Source: Lingula anatina (lineage: Eukaryota; Animalia; Brachiopoda). Taken from it: 64,000 bases of DNA. Position 1 is the stretch's first letter; the number at the start of each line of letters is the position of its first letter. Below are positions 63,601-64,000 of this stretch, one piece after another. A program made the translations under genes and the position numbers. The stretch covers positions 7,564,001 through 7,628,000 of the forward strand of contig CM120646.1 in NCBI GenBank assembly GCA_051362555.1. The letters run 5' to 3'. A model generated the notes under the pieces. The model searched no databases, had not been told where the DNA came from, and saw only the letters and a list, made by a program, of their open reading frames with translations.

Positions 63601-64000
63601 ATAATACACTCATTCAAATCACACCTGCATGTAACTACATGACAATAGAATTTAAGAAAAGCAAAACAATTGTCATGTGTCTTTAAGGCCAATCAAAAAC
63701 ATGTCCCAATGAGTGGAAAATAACGAAATTATTCACATTAATTGTAAATTAAATATACATCCTTCCATATGTCGTGCAACTGCCCACTTAAGTAATGTTT
63801 TTGGCATAACTTTAAATAGCCAATACATACTGGTTTCACAGTTAACACCAGTGTAGCCTGGATTACAATTGCAGGTATAGGAGTTTACACCGTCTGCACA
63901 ATGTCCATTCTGACATGGGTTAGATGAACATTCATCAATATCTGTAATGGCAATTTAAATATATGACATGAGAAATAACAAATAATACACTCATTCAAAT
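57688..64000 (-). CDS. 3' part of a multi-EGF (fibropellin/Notch-like, calcium-binding EGF repeat) protein gene; 5' part lies beyond the window
   Basis: Thirteen 111-nt phase-1 exons: 63941-63831, 63560-63450, 63180-63070, 62751-62641, 62372-62262, 62000-61890, 61628-61518, 61248-61138, 60888-60778, 60515-60405, 60135-60025, 59775-59665, 59008-58898. Each encodes approximately (N/D)[36 protein letters not shown]. Terminal exon 58019-57688 encodes ASCGSIL...FGVCIRLL*. Minus-strand AATAAA near 57224-57229. Confidence 0.9.
59600..64000. repeat. Tandem array of exon+intron units (360-429 bp, ~12 copies visible)
   Basis: Exon spacing is 360, 380, 373, 360, 380, 372, 372, 379, 429, 380, 381 bp. 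Intron sequences are also visibly homologous between units. Confidence 0.95.

Noticed and set aside
59600-64000. Conserved repeat plus variable spacer pattern (CRISPR-like or antigen-cassette-like)
   Set aside because: The conserved blocks are GT-AG-bounded EGF exons, and the 'spacers' are mutually homologous introns.
57688-64000. Calling the EGF gene Notch or true fibropellin
   Set aside because: No LNR/TM/ankyrin or avidin-like domain follows the EGF repeats, and the C2-C3 spacing differs. Only a family-level resemblance is supported.

Overview
AT-rich, intron-rich genomic DNA from an invertebrate bilaterian animal. The RPRF-amide NPF suggests a protostome, probably a lophotrochozoan, but the species cannot be fixed from the sequence. 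Almost all ORF-track entries are spurious. Three spliced genes were reconstructed by hand from GT-AG sites and reading-frame phase. (1) + strand: neuropeptide Y/F precursor, 130 aa, with coding exons 20635-20846, 27083-27183 and 29649-29728 and a candidate non-coding first exon near 9590-9667. Its C-terminal flanking peptide carries a canonical EF-hand loop (DFNGDGKLSSAE). (2) - strand: OS-9 ERAD lectin, 15 exons, 740 aa, 53355 to 36518. (3) - strand: 3' end of a fibropellin/Notch-like gene with 13 visible Ca-binding EGF exons in tandemly amplified exon+intron units, ending in an unrecognised 8-Cys domain. The non-coding DNA holds a complete 323-bp mini LTR retrotransposon with tRNA-like LTRs (Helenus/TRIM type), two copies of a Helentron-type element carrying a 146-bp satellite full of DR1 motifs, several MITEs with identifiable target-site duplications (TSDs), Tc1 and LINE relics, local duplications and micro/minisatellites.
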